Positions 48,874-58,622 of a DNA stretch of 64,000 bases are shown piece by piece. Made by a program: the position numbers and the translations under genes. The notes beneath the pieces were generated by a model, which worked only from the letters and a program-made list of their open reading frames with translations, was not told the DNA's origin and made no database searches. The first letter of the stretch is position 1; each line of letters starts with the position of its first letter. The stretch is from Candidatus Sulfomarinibacteraceae bacterium. Its GTDB lineage: Bacteria > Acidobacteriota > Thermoanaerobaculia > Thermoanaerobaculales > Sulfomarinibacteraceae. The stretch covers positions 672,001-736,000 of the forward strand of contig CAWCLO010000010.1 in the NCBI GenBank assembly GCA_963796455.1. Reading direction: 5' to 3'.

Positions 48874-48976
48874 AATTTCAGATTTGGAATTTCGGAATTC
48901 GGATTGACCGTCCTCCGCCCCCGTTTCCCAGAGAGGGTGGGCGGAAATTCGAAATCCAAAATCCGCAATCCCAAAT
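48874..48976. repeat. inverted heptamer arrays (TTTCGGA-like)n ... (AAATCCG-like)n with inner CCGCCC/GGGCGG stem
   Basis: Left arm 48874-48905, right arm 48944-48976; junction GGTGGGCGGAAATTCGAAAT resembles the one at 556-576. Confidence 0.85.
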
Positions 48977-49004
48977 ATTCTCAGGCGTTGGAGAATGGCT
49001 GAGT

Positions 49005-49403
49005 TCAGCGCATGTACTTGTTGTGCACCATGTGCTCGAGATAGCGGTCAGTGTGGATCCCGTAGTCCTTGAGCAGGCCTTCGGCCGAGACGTGAAAGGT
49101 CGCCTCCTCGCCGGCGACCCGGGAAAAGTACACGCGGTACGTCTCGCTGCCCCGATGGACATCGAGCGCATTGAGGTCCTCGGAGAGATCCGAAGTCAGG
49201 CTGTGTTCGCAGACCGGACAAAAAAGCTCCCAAAGGGTGCCAGGTGGCATCTCCTCACCCGGCGGCAGCTCCACCTCGTAGTTGCCGGGCTGTGGGTGAA
49301 AACCGGCCAGAAATCGATGGTCGCCGCGTTCGGCGCGAAGCACCACCCGGTCTTCCGGGTTGAGCATCGATTGGCAGTGGGGGCACGAGTAGGTCCAGTG
49401 CAT
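49005..49403 (-). CDS. hypothetical protein with two CxxC motifs (zinc-ribbon-like)
   Basis: AGGAG RBS; CPHC and CPVC. Confidence 0.7.
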   Translation of the reverse strand: MHWTYSCPHCQSMLNPEDRVVLRAERGDHRFLAGFHPQPGNYEVELPPGEEMPPGTLWELFCPVCEHSLTSDLSEDLNALDVHRGSETYRVYFSRVAGEEATFHVSAEGLLKDYGIHTDRYLEHMVHNKYMR

Positions 49404-49464
49404 GACTTCTCCTGGTGGAAGAATATCTCAGAATCTCTTTGTCTGGGGAATCGACGTCTCGATC

Positions 49465-50178
49465 TCAGGGCAGGGCCACACCCAACTCTCGCAATTGGGC
49501 GGTAGCTTGCTCGGCCCATCCCCTGTTGGCGGCCGGGCTGGCCGGGCTGGGGTGGAGTATCCGGCCGATGCGGACCCCGGTCCCATCGAGTGCGTGCTGT
49601 GCTCGTTGCTCGGCGAAGACGCCGACTCCAACTACAAGAGCGGGCCGGAGACAATCGACAGTCTGTCGCAGCGCGCGGTCGCAGGCAGCAAACAACGGTT
49701 CCCGCTCCGCCGCAGGCAGCTTGTCCGGGGTCCGGTTGCGGCTCGATGCCTCCATGAATGAGAGCGGACAGTAGTTACCGACAAAAAAGCGCTCGAAGAA
49801 CCGATCTGGGGTGGCGAAGATATCCTTCGCCCATCCCCATATTCTCGCGCCGGAAACCTCCGAGCGACCACAGGCGAGCCCATCGATCAGGCGTTTGGGG
49901 TGTTCGTTGGCCGGTTTGCCGATGGCGGCGTCTATCTCGAGCCAGTCGCGCACCGCGGCCACCTCGCCAAAAGGCACTCCAGTCTGCGCCATCCCCCACG
50001 GTCCGGGATTCATGCCGAGGAAGAGCGCCTCCTTGGGCGCAGAACCGAAGCGCTCCAGGTATTGCGCGTGCGCCTCCCAGGCGTAGTCGAGCGGGTTGTA
50101 GACGTGGGTTACCGGTGGTTTGAAGGCGAGTCCCTCGACCTCGATAGTTAAGTTTCTGGCAATCTCAACGAGGCTCAA
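49465..50178 (-). CDS. SMUG1-family uracil-DNA glycosylase
   Basis: VYNPLDYA, GMNPGPWGMAQTGVPFG, SEVSG, NYCPL, HPSPASP; TTG start after GAGG. Confidence 0.93.
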   Translation of the reverse strand: MSLVEIARNLTIEVEGLAFKPPVTHVYNPLDYAWEAHAQYLERFGSAPKEALFLGMNPGPWGMAQTGVPFGEVAAVRDWLEIDAAIGKPANEHPKRLIDGLACGRSEVSGARIWGWAKDIFATPDRFFERFFVGNYCPLSFMEASSRNRTPDKLPAAEREPLFAACDRALRQTVDCLRPALVVGVGVFAEQRAQHALDGTGVRIGRILHPSPASPAANRGWAEQATAQLRELGVALP

Positions 50179-50267
50179 AGCGATTTCCTCTGCCGGGAAT
50201 GGTATCAGTTTGCTCAACACTCCACGGGAAGGGAGGCGGCAGGTTAATATGACAAGCGGAGGTCGCC

Positions 50268-51965
50268 ATGCGCCGAATTCTTGTCGTTGTTCTCGTCCTT
50301 GTCTCAACATCTCTGGGTATGGCTGCGGACCGGCCGGAGGGTCAGACTTTCGCAACCCGTTCGGTGACCTATGCCGAAAACGGCATGGTGGCCGCCGCCC
50401 ACCCGCTGGCAGTTCAGATCGGACTCGATGTCTTGAAGGCGGGCGGTTCGGCGGTTGACGCCGCAATTGCGGTCAACGCGGCGCTGGGGTTTCTGGAACC
50501 CACGGCCAATGGCATGGGTGGCGATCTCTTTGCCATGGTTTGGGACCCGAAGACGCAGAAGCTTTATGGCCTCAATGCCTCCGGCCGCGCCCCGGCGGCG
50601 CTGACCATCGACAAGGTGCCCGCCGAGGAGAACGGCACCATCCCGGTCTATTCGCCGTATTCGTGGACGGTACCGGGCTGCGCCGATGGCTGGTTCGAGC
50701 TGCACGGGAAGTTCGGCACGTTGCCGTTGCAAGACGTTCTCGCGCCGGCGGCCAGGATCGCGCGCGAGGGTGCGCCGGTGCCGCAGGTGATTGCCGGCGG
50801 TTGGGCGCGGAGCATTTCGCGTTTCAAGGACAAACCCGGTTTTGCCGAGGTTTTCATGCCGAACGGGCGCGCCCCGATGGAAGGGGAGGTCTTTGCCAAC
50901 CCGGCGCTGGCCGACACCCTGGAGTTGGTGGCCGCGGGCGGGCGCAAGGCTTTTTATGAGGGTGAGATCGCCAAGGAGATCGTGGCTTTCTCGGACAAAG
51001 TGGGCGGGTTCTTCTCGCTGGAGGACTTTGCCAACCACACCTCAGAGTGGGTGGAGCCCATCTCCACCACCTATCGCGGATTGACGGTGTGGGAACTGCC
51101 GCCCAATCCGCAGGGGCTCGCGGCGCTGCAGATGCTCAATATTCTCGAGGGCTTCGACGTGGCGACACTCGGTCGCGACAGCACCGATTTCTGGCACCTC
51201 ATGGTGGAGGCCAAAAAGCTGGCCTATGAGGATCGGGCGAAGTACTACGCGGACATGTCTTTTGCCGAGGTCCCGGTGGAGGCGCTGCTCGACAAGGGTT
51301 ATGCCGCTAAACGGGCCCGGCTGATCGATATGAAGAAAGCGGCCCGCAGCATCGTCCCCGGCAACCCGGCCCTCGACCACGGCGACACGACCTTTCTCGT
51401 GACCGCCGACTCCAATGGGATGCTGGTTTCGCTGATCCAATCGAACTACACCGGTTTTGGGTCGGGCTATGTGGTGCCGTCGCTCGGAATCGGCATCCAG
51501 GATCGTGGCGCGCTCTTCAGCCTCGACCCCGACCACGCCAATGCGCTCGAGCCCGGCAAGCGGCCTTTTCACACCATCATTCCGGCCTTCATGGGGTGGG
51601 ATGGCAAACCCGACACAGCCTTTGGTCTGATGGGCGGTGGCATGCAGCCCCAGGGCCACGTCCAGATCGTGGTCAACCTGGTGGACTTCGGGATGAACCT
51701 GCAGGAGGCGGGGGACGCGCCGCGTTTCTACCACACCGGTTCGTCGCAACCGACCGGGACGGTGATGAAATCCGGTGGCGTGCTCCACCTCGAGTCGGGG
51801 CTGCCGCAGGAGGTCTATCGCGACCTCAACAAACGGGGCCACCGGATCCAGGAAACCAACCCGGTGGTCTTTGGTGGTTACCAGGCGATCCATCGCGATC
51901 CGAAAACGGGTGTGCTCGCGGGGGCCACCGAGTCGCGCAAGGATGGGATGGCGGCAGGGTATTAG
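50268..51965 (+). CDS. ggt: gamma-glutamyltransferase family protein
   Basis: Signal peptide; GGSAVDAAIA, GDTT nucleophile site, PGKRPFHTIIP, GGGMQPQGH. Confidence 0.93.
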   Translation: MRRILVVVLVLVSTSLGMAADRPEGQTFATRSVTYAENGMVAAAHPLAVQIGLDVLKAGGSAVDAAIAVNAALGFLEPTANGMGGDLFAMVWDPKTQKLYGLNASGRAPAALTIDKVPAEENGTIPVYSPYSWTVPGCADGWFELHGKFGTLPLQDVLAPAARIAREGAPVPQVIAGGWARSISRFKDKPGFAEVFMPNGRAPMEGEVFANPALADTLELVAAGGRKAFYEGEIAKEIVAFSDKVGGFFSLEDFANHTSEWVEPISTTYRGLTVWELPPNPQGLAALQMLNILEGFDVATLGRDSTDFWHLMVEAKKLAYEDRAKYYADMSFAEVPVEALLDKGYAAKRARLIDMKKAARSIVPGNPALDHGDTTFLVTADSNGMLVSLIQSNYTGFGSGYVVPSLGIGIQDRGALFSLDPDHANALEPGKRPFHTIIPAFMGWDGKPDTAFGLMGGGMQPQGHVQIVVNLVDFGMNLQEAGDAPRFYHTGSSQPTGTVMKSGGVLHLESGLPQEVYRDLNKRGHRIQETNPVVFGGYQAIHRDPKTGVLAGATESRKDGMAAGY

Positions 51966-52068
51966 GCTCGAGGCTTGGGGCATGAGACTTGAGGTCGTGC
52001 CGGCTTGAAATATTGACACCAAGTGGGTGGGTGGGCGCGCAAGCCCCAGGTCCCAGGTCCCAAGCCCT
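51964..52068. repeat. inverted degenerate heptamer arrays (AGGCTTG)n ... (CAAGCCC/CAGGTCC)n
   Basis: AGGCTCG AGGCTTG GGGCATG AGACTTG ... CAAGCCC CAGGTCC CAGGTCC CAAGCCC; begins at the ggt stop codon. Confidence 0.75.
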
Positions 52069-52094
52069 TCTGTTCGCGCTAATATAGCGGCACA

Positions 52095-53822
52095 ATGCTG
52101 GACCCAATTCTCACTGCTGAACAAAAGGATCTTCTCGACTCCGAGCGCGCGCTCCTGGCCGAGGTGACGGCGGGGCTCGAACGCGGTGAGGTTTCTGCCG
52201 ACGATCTCCGGGCGCTGGCCGATTCGGTGCGCCAGCTCGACGAGCTCTTCCTGCTCGTGGTGGTGGGTGAATTCAACGCCGGCAAGAGCGCGCTCATCAA
52301 TGCGCTGCTCGGCGAAAAAGTTCTGGCCGAAGGCGTGACGCCGACGACCGCCAAGATCCACCACATCACCTTTGGCGAGGCTGTGGAGCGGGAGCCGATG
52401 GGTGCGGTGGGTGAACGGGTCACCGCGCCGGTCGAGACGCTGCGCCAGTTGACGATCGTGGACACTCCGGGCACCAACGCCCTCGACCGCGCCCACGAGG
52501 CGCTGACCACCGACTATGTACCGCGTGCCGATCTGGTGCTCTTTGTGACCTCCGCCGATCGCCCGTTGTCCGAGAGCGAGCGGGTCTTTCTCGAGACCAT
52601 CCGCCGCTGGGGCAAGAAGGTCGCCATGGTGATCAACAAGGTGGATATCATCCGCACCGAGGATGAGCGCGAAGAGGTTCAGAGCTATGTCACCTCCAAC
52701 GCGACGCGTCTGCTCGGAGTCGAACCAGCGGTCTTTCCAGTCTCGGCTCTGCTCGCGGCCGAGGCGAAGAGTGTGGAGGCCCGTGAGGCGAGCGGTCTGC
52801 CGGCGGTGGAGAGTTACCTCCATCAAACCCTCGAGAGCGGGGAGTTGTTGCGGCTCAAGCTCTCGAACCCCCTTGGGGTCGCCTCCCACCTGCTCGGTAC
52901 TTCACTCGAGACTCTCGATGCACGCCTCGCCCTGCTGGATGATGACCTGAAGACCCTCGACGACATCGAGGCCCAGACCGACACCTGGGCATCGGATGTC
53001 CGCCGCGAGTTCGAATTGCGGCTGTCGGATATCGACAATGTGCTGCACGGTATAGAGCAGCGGGGCACCCAGTTCTTCGATGACACGGTGCGGATCAATC
53101 GCCTGCCAAAGCTCTTCGACAAATCGGAGCTCAAACAGCGCTTCGAATCGGAGGTGGTCGCCAAGGCCCCCGACGATGTCGAGACAAAGGTCGATTCGCT
53201 GATCGACTGGCTGGTGGATTCGGAACTCGGTCACTGGCAGAACGTGGTCAATCATGTCAATCGCCGCGCCTCGGCCCACTCCGACCGCATGGTGGGTGAG
53301 GTGGGTGGGCGATTCGAGACCGACCGCTCTCGATTGCTCGAGACCGTCGGCCGTGCCGCACGCGAAGGCCTGGCCTCCTACGACCGGGTCGCCGAGGCAC
53401 GAAGGATGGCGGAGGATCTGCAGCGGGCGGTCACCTCGACGGCGGTCCTCGAAGTCGGCGCGGTGGGTCTCGGCGCCGCGGTGGCGCTGGCGGCAAGCTC
53501 GACGGCCGCCGATATCACCGGTCTGACCGCGGCCGGGTTGATGGCCGCTCTCGGGCTCTTTGTCCTGCCCCACCGTCGGCGCAAGGCCAAAGCGGAGCTC
53601 AAAGAGAAGATCGCGGCGCTGCGCTCGGAACTCATGACTGCTCTTACCACCCACTTCGACACCGAAGCCGTGCGCGGCCGTCACCGGCTCGTTGAAACCA
53701 TCGCGCCCTACACCCGCTTCGTACGCTCGGAGTCCGAACGTCTCGCCGGCGAACGCGATGGGTTGAAGGGGCTCTCCGAACGCGTCGGCGAGATGACGGC
53801 GCGGGTGGAGAGTCTGGCCTGA
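52095..53822 (+). CDS. dynamin-family GTPase (bacterial dynamin/FZL-like)
   Basis: GEFNAGKS, GVTPTT, DTPG, NKVD; helical stalk; hydrophobic hairpin near the C-terminus. Confidence 0.88.
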   Translation: MLDPILTAEQKDLLDSERALLAEVTAGLERGEVSADDLRALADSVRQLDELFLLVVVGEFNAGKSALINALLGEKVLAEGVTPTTAKIHHITFGEAVEREPMGAVGERVTAPVETLRQLTIVDTPGTNALDRAHEALTTDYVPRADLVLFVTSADRPLSESERVFLETIRRWGKKVAMVINKVDIIRTEDEREEVQSYVTSNATRLLGVEPAVFPVSALLAAEAKSVEAREASGLPAVESYLHQTLESGELLRLKLSNPLGVASHLLGTSLETLDARLALLDDDLKTLDDIEAQTDTWASDVRREFELRLSDIDNVLHGIEQRGTQFFDDTVRINRLPKLFDKSELKQRFESEVVAKAPDDVETKVDSLIDWLVDSELGHWQNVVNHVNRRASAHSDRMVGEVGGRFETDRSRLLETVGRAAREGLASYDRVAEARRMAEDLQRAVTSTAVLEVGAVGLGAAVALAASSTAADITGLTAAGLMAALGLFVLPHRRRKAKAELKEKIAALRSELMTALTTHFDTEAVRGRHRLVETIAPYTRFVRSESERLAGERDGLKGLSERVGEMTARVESLA

Positions 53823-53840
53823 ACCATCGAACACGGGACA

Positions 53841-53994
53841 AACCACCAAGACACCAAGTTCACCAAGGGGAGCCAGCTGAGTTTCTCTGTCTCGTTTGAG
53901 GCCGACCCCCTTCACGGTGCGACGTACGAGATCTGTATGGCATCACCTGTGTGATGACGTGGGAGAATCTTGGTGTTCTTGGCGTCTTGGTGGT
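53841..53994. repeat. inverted CACCAAG-type arrays
   Basis: AACCACCAAG ACACCAAG TTCACCAAG (53841-53867) ... CTTGGTG TTCTTGGCG TCTTGGTGGT (53969-53994). Confidence 0.85.
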
Positions 53995-54009
53995 GAGTCG
54001 AAAACGCCG

Positions 54010-54039
54010 AAAAAACGGGGCGGGGATGAACCCCGCCCC
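54010..54039 (-). terminator. intrinsic terminator of the VPS10 gene
   Basis: GGGGCGGGG/CCCCGCCCC stem with a T6 tail on the minus strand. Confidence 0.8.
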
Positions 54040-54062
54040 TAGAACATTCAGGTCGACGCTTT

Positions 54063-57000
54063 CTAATTCACGCTCGGCAGCGGCCTGCCCGGCGTCCACG
54101 GAACACCGGCGTCGTCGAACTTGCCTTCGAGGCCCGGGAGCGCGGTTTCGAGGATTTGGCGCAGTTTGGGCTCGATGGCCGCAAACTGCTCTTCGGCGAT
54201 CTCGAAGGCCCGCTGGTGCATGGCTGTGGGGCCGTAGTCCGAACGGCCGTCGGTTCCGCCGGCCACCCGCAGCCTTCTCGAGATGCTCGGGGTGGTGGGC
54301 TCGCCGATTCCGCTGATGGAGCGATTGCCGTTGAGTGCCATGTCGATGTCAAAGAGTTCCTGTTTGAGCGCCTCGAGCTCCTCATCGAGCGTGCCCGGGG
54401 CCGCAGTGGATCGTTTGAGCGCCTTTTCGAGGTGCTCGATCCTGGAGAAGGCCAGGGCCATCGCCTGCGATGCGGCACTGACGCCGCGTTGGAGGTCGGC
54501 CACCTGCTGCATGAAGGCGGCTGTGTCTTCGGGCGCCATGCCCTCGAGGGAACCCTCGAAGGTGCGCACCACCTCGAAGTCCACCGGGCCGCCGAGCTCG
54601 GTGACCACACCGTCCACCCGCTTGGAAAGGGTGACCGAGTAGGAGCCCGGAGGCACCAGGAAACCGGCATCGGCATCACCACTCGGCGCCCCGCGTCGGC
54701 CGCCCCCGGAGGAGGTGCGGATGGCCGAGGTGGTGGGTGAGGTGAGATTCCAGGCCACCCGGTGAAAGCCCTTCTTGGTGGGGCCGGTGATGGTCCGAAC
54801 GATGTCACCCCCGGCGTCCTTGATGGTGAGCAGGATGGCGGCATCCGGTTGACGCCGTTCCTTCTCGAGCTCATCAAAGCTCACGAATGGCGTGTCCTGC
54901 CACTCCTTCTCGAGTTTCTTCTCGGCCTTGCGGCGGCTGTCCTCGAGGGACGAGATGCCGTCGCCGAGGTGATAGGTGAAGACGGCGCCGAAGGGTGGAT
55001 TGTCGGCGATGTAGAAGGACGTACCCTGCGAGGCCTGACCCGAACCACCGAGAGGCCGCTGCTCCATATACCACGGGGTCTCGCGGACCGGGAAGAGAGT
55101 GGCCTCCTTCTCGAGCGCTGCCTCGGAGACCTCGCGCAGCGGGCTGTAGTCGTCAAAGACGTAGAAACCGCGGCCGAAGGAGGCTCCCACCAGATCGTTG
55201 TCGCGGCGCTGAATGGCAAGGTCGCGGAAAGAGATCGTGGGCACGCCGCCGGAGAGCTTGGTCCAGGCATCGCCCCCATCGACGGAGAAGAAGATGCCGA
55301 ACTCGGTGGCGAGGAAGAGCAGTTCCTTCTTCACGTGGTCCTGGACCAGGCGCCAGACCAGATGGCGGTCGGGGAGACTGCCGGCGATGGATGTCCAGGT
55401 GACGCCGCGGTCGGTGGTCTTCAGCACATAGGGTTTGAAGTCGCCGTACTTGTGGTTGTCGAGACACACATAGGCAGTGTCGGCGTCAAAAAGATCGGCC
55501 TTGATGTCGTTGACGAAGGCGGTGTCCGGGACTCCCGGCAGATCACCCACCGGAATCGCCTGCCAACTCTCACCGCCGTTGGAGCTCACCTGAAGCAGGC
55601 CGTCGTCGGTGCCGGCCCACAGGAGGCCCTCCTGCTTGGGCGACTCGGCGAGTGAGGTGATGGTGTTGTAGTTGGACATGGCGTAGAGGTCCCAGGGGGC
55701 GGTGGCACTCCACTGTCGACCCATCACCGGTATCAACAGCCGATTCTCGTTCTTGGTCAGATCGTCCGAAACCGGAGTCCAGCTGTCGCCCCGGTTGTCC
55801 GACCGCCACACCCGCTGCGATGCGAAGTAGACCCGGGTCGGTGCGTGCGGGCTGACGAGGATGGGCGAGTCCCAGTTGAAGCGCTCCGGCGGGTCGCCGG
55901 GCTCGGGCTGGGGCTGAATGTAGACCACGGTGCCGTTGCTTCGATCGACTCGGTGCAAGACCCCGTTCTGCGACTCCGAATAGACGATGTCGGGGTTCCC
56001 GGGCTCGGTGGCCGGCTGGTGGCCGTCGCCGCCGAGGTTGATGAACCAGTCGCGGTTCATGATGCCGTTGACGTTGGTGGTGCGCGCGGGCCCACCCTGG
56101 GTGCTGTTGTCCTGGGTGCCGCCGTACACGTTGTAAAACGGCTCGGAGTCATCCAACGCCAGCTTGTAGAACTGGGTCACCGGGAGGTTGGCCACGAAGC
56201 GCCAGGTCTCGGCCAGATCGAAGCTCTCGTAGAGCCCACCGTCGGTGCCCACCAGCAGATAGTCGGGGTCGTCCGGACGGAAGGCCAGCGCATGGTTGTC
56301 CGAGTGCTTGGTCCTCTCGTTCATGATCCGGAAGGTCTTGCCGCCGTCGTCGGAAATCTGCATGCGCACATCGATGATGTAGATGCGGTCGAATGCGTGC
56401 GGGCTGGCTTCGAGTTCCTGGTAATAGTGGGGACCCGTGCCGCCGGACACCGCGTCGGACATCTTCTTCCAGCTGGCGCCGCGGTTGGCGGAGCGCCAGG
56501 TGCCGCCTTCGCGGTTGTCGAGCTCGATTACTGCATAGACCACATCGGGGTTCTGGGGTGAAATCGTCATCCCGATTTTACCCAGGTTGCCCTTGGGGAG
56601 GCCGGTCTTGAGGCGGGTCCAATTGTCGCCGCCGTCGGTGGTCTTATAAAGCCCGCTCTCCGGACCGCCGTCGATTACAGCGGCCACTGTGCGGTGGTGC
56701 TGCCAGGTGGCGGCGTAGAGCACATCGGGGTCGCGTGGGTCGATGACCATATCGGTGACGCCGGTCCACTCGCCGTCGGAGAGAACGTTGGCCCAGGTCT
56801 CGCCGCCGTCGGTGGTCTTGAAAAGACCACGTTCGCCGCCCGGTGCCCACAAGGGCCCCTGGGACGCCACCCAGACCGTGTCGGAGTCTCCGGGGTGAAC
56901 AATGATCTCCGAGATGTGTTCGGATTCTTTCAGACCCATGTTCTTCCAGGTCTTGCCGCCGTCGTTGCTGCGGTAGACGCCGTCTCCGAAGCCCACGTGG

Positions 57001-57356
57001 CGCCCGCCGACGTTTTCGCCGGTGCCGACCCACACGATCTCGGGGTTGGAGGGGTCGAGAACGACGCACCCGATGGAGTAGGAATCCTCGCCGTCGAAGA
57101 TCGGGTTCCAGGTCGTGCCCGAGTTGCTGGTCTTCCAAACGCCGCCCGAACCCACAGCCACGTACCAGGTGCTGTAATCGGTCGGGTGGATCGCGATGTC
57201 CGCGATCCGCCCGGACATCAACGCCGGCCCGATGGCGCGGAATTCGAGGCCCGAAAATGCCTTGGCCGAGAGGCCCTTTTCTTCCGTATCTTCTTCGGCG
57301 GCCCCGAGCGGCAGCGCCAGGGCGATGATCACCAACGCGAGCAATGCTTTTCTCAT
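54063..57356 (-). CDS. exported VPS10/sortilin-like BNR-repeat beta-propeller protein (glycosyl hydrolase-like)
   Basis: Signal peptide; FRAIGPALMSGRI; many (S/T)xDGGxTW Asp-boxes; GGTQDN; C-terminal coiled region. Confidence 0.88.
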   Translation of the reverse strand: MRKALLALVIIALALPLGAAEEDTEEKGLSAKAFSGLEFRAIGPALMSGRIADIAIHPTDYSTWYVAVGSGGVWKTSNSGTTWNPIFDGEDSYSIGCVVLDPSNPEIVWVGTGENVGGRHVGFGDGVYRSNDGGKTWKNMGLKESEHISEIIVHPGDSDTVWVASQGPLWAPGGERGLFKTTDGGETWANVLSDGEWTGVTDMVIDPRDPDVLYAATWQHHRTVAAVIDGGPESGLYKTTDGGDNWTRLKTGLPKGNLGKIGMTISPQNPDVVYAVIELDNREGGTWRSANRGASWKKMSDAVSGGTGPHYYQELEASPHAFDRIYIIDVRMQISDDGGKTFRIMNERTKHSDNHALAFRPDDPDYLLVGTDGGLYESFDLAETWRFVANLPVTQFYKLALDDSEPFYNVYGGTQDNSTQGGPARTTNVNGIMNRDWFINLGGDGHQPATEPGNPDIVYSESQNGVLHRVDRSNGTVVYIQPQPEPGDPPERFNWDSPILVSPHAPTRVYFASQRVWRSDNRGDSWTPVSDDLTKNENRLLIPVMGRQWSATAPWDLYAMSNYNTITSLAESPKQEGLLWAGTDDGLLQVSSNGGESWQAIPVGDLPGVPDTAFVNDIKADLFDADTAYVCLDNHKYGDFKPYVLKTTDRGVTWTSIAGSLPDRHLVWRLVQDHVKKELLFLATEFGIFFSVDGGDAWTKLSGGVPTISFRDLAIQRRDNDLVGASFGRGFYVFDDYSPLREVSEAALEKEATLFPVRETPWYMEQRPLGGSGQASQGTSFYIADNPPFGAVFTYHLGDGISSLEDSRRKAEKKLEKEWQDTPFVSFDELEKERRQPDAAILLTIKDAGGDIVRTITGPTKKGFHRVAWNLTSPTTSAIRTSSGGGRRGAPSGDADAGFLVPPGSYSVTLSKRVDGVVTELGGPVDFEVVRTFEGSLEGMAPEDTAAFMQQVADLQRGVSAASQAMALAFSRIEHLEKALKRSTAAPGTLDEELEALKQELFDIDMALNGNRSISGIGEPTTPSISRRLRVAGGTDGRSDYGPTAMHQRAFEIAEEQFAAIEPKLRQILETALPGLEGKFDDAGVPWTPGRPLPSVN

Positions 57357-57443
57357 GTTCCCCCCGTCCTCAAAGACTTCCACGACAGCTGCAACTTTAA
57401 CAAGGACGGGCGTTCTGTGGAGAGGAAAGGGACCCCGGTTTCT

Positions 57444-58496
57444 TTATTTTTGTTGAGCCGCGAACATGGGGAATGAGGGAAAAAGTCGAGTTTGCGTTGA
57501 GGTGATCAACCCATTCCGAACGAGACTCCGACTAAGGAGCACGAATGCGAGGGGAAAAGCCCACCGCGAGAATCGGTTGAACCCGGCCGCGCGCTCCTCG
57601 GTCATGGAGCTCGTCAACGCCACCTGGATCAGAGCGACAAAGACCATGATGGTTGCACCGAGGAGAAAGTAGTCGAGGCGGGTGAGGTAAGAGACCGGTG
57701 GCAACGATTGTCCGAGGAGGAAGCGGTAGGCGATGAGAGTCAGCATCGAGGTCACCGCGACACTCAAGCGGGGACCGATGTTTTCGGCGCTGAGCCAGAA
57801 GACCACCCAGGACATGAAAACGATGATGGCGACCGAGATAAAAGCCTTGCCGACATAAAAGCCGAGATGCCGGCGAGCCTCGAAGAAACCCTCCACACCG
57901 GGGATTTCCCGTCCTCCGGGAACGATTGAGTACGGATTCTGCCGCATCAAGAATGAACCGATCGACCAGTCGGGCACCGTCATGGTGGGTGATTGAATGT
58001 CCTTGAAGCCCACGGTGGACGGAGCCATTTCGATCTCGGCCGGAAGATAGCCTGGAATCACCACCTGGAGCGCGAATCGGTGCCGGTCGAGGGGGAAATC
58101 TCGCAGATTGAGGGGCGAGGCGAACTGTCCGTAAAAGCGCTGGCGATAGATGACCGTGCCGTCCGGAGCGATGTCGACCTTTTCGTCAAAGGTCTTCCAC
58201 AAGCGGCGTTGGTTGATGATCTGGACCCGCGGGTTCCAGATGCTGTCGAGTGCTTGTCTGCGGACCCCTTTGATGTCGGCGGCCAGGCGATCGTCCTTCC
58301 ACCGCAACATCATGAAGACATCAGCGGTAAAGCTCTGGTCGGCGCCGTCGATCTTCGAGACATCCAGAAGTACCAATGTGGTATCGACCCGGAGCGGCGT
58401 GCCCTCCTCGCCCGGTCGTGTGCCCGTGAGGTTTTCGGAAGGCGCAGAAACCGAGGCAACCGACATCACAAAGAGCAGAATGAGCAATCGCCGCAT
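57444..58496 (-). CDS. pentameric ligand-gated ion channel (GLIC/ELIC-like)
   Basis: Signal peptide; IWNPRVQIIN, LRDFPLDRH (Pro-loop), SWVVFWL (M1), LPPVSYLTRLD (M2-M3 loop); four TM segments; possible frameshift near the 3' end. Confidence 0.85.
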   Translation of the reverse strand: MRRLLILLFVMSVASVSAPSENLTGTRPGEEGTPLRVDTTLVLLDVSKIDGADQSFTADVFMMLRWKDDRLAADIKGVRRQALDSIWNPRVQIINQRRLWKTFDEKVDIAPDGTVIYRQRFYGQFASPLNLRDFPLDRHRFALQVVIPGYLPAEIEMAPSTVGFKDIQSPTMTVPDWSIGSFLMRQNPYSIVPGGREIPGVEGFFEARRHLGFYVGKAFISVAIIVFMSWVVFWLSAENIGPRLSVAVTSMLTLIAYRFLLGQSLPPVSYLTRLDYFLLGATIMVFVALIQVALTSSMTEERAAGFNRFSRWAFPLAFVLLSRSLVRNGLITSTQTRLFPSFPMFAAQQK

Positions 58497-58622
58497 ATAC
58501 GAATCTCCCTTGTTGCGCTATTCTACAGGCCGCTTGTGCGGGGGGAATCCCCGATTCACCACAGATGTTCAATAAAGGGGCCTCGGAAAATGCCGGCCCG
58601 ACCCACACCAAGGAGGAGATTC

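Noticed and set aside
57993..58622. Apparent 480-aa fusion upstream of the substrate-binding protein
   Set aside because: The extension is antisense to the ion channel gene; a strong RBS and signal peptide mark ATG 58623
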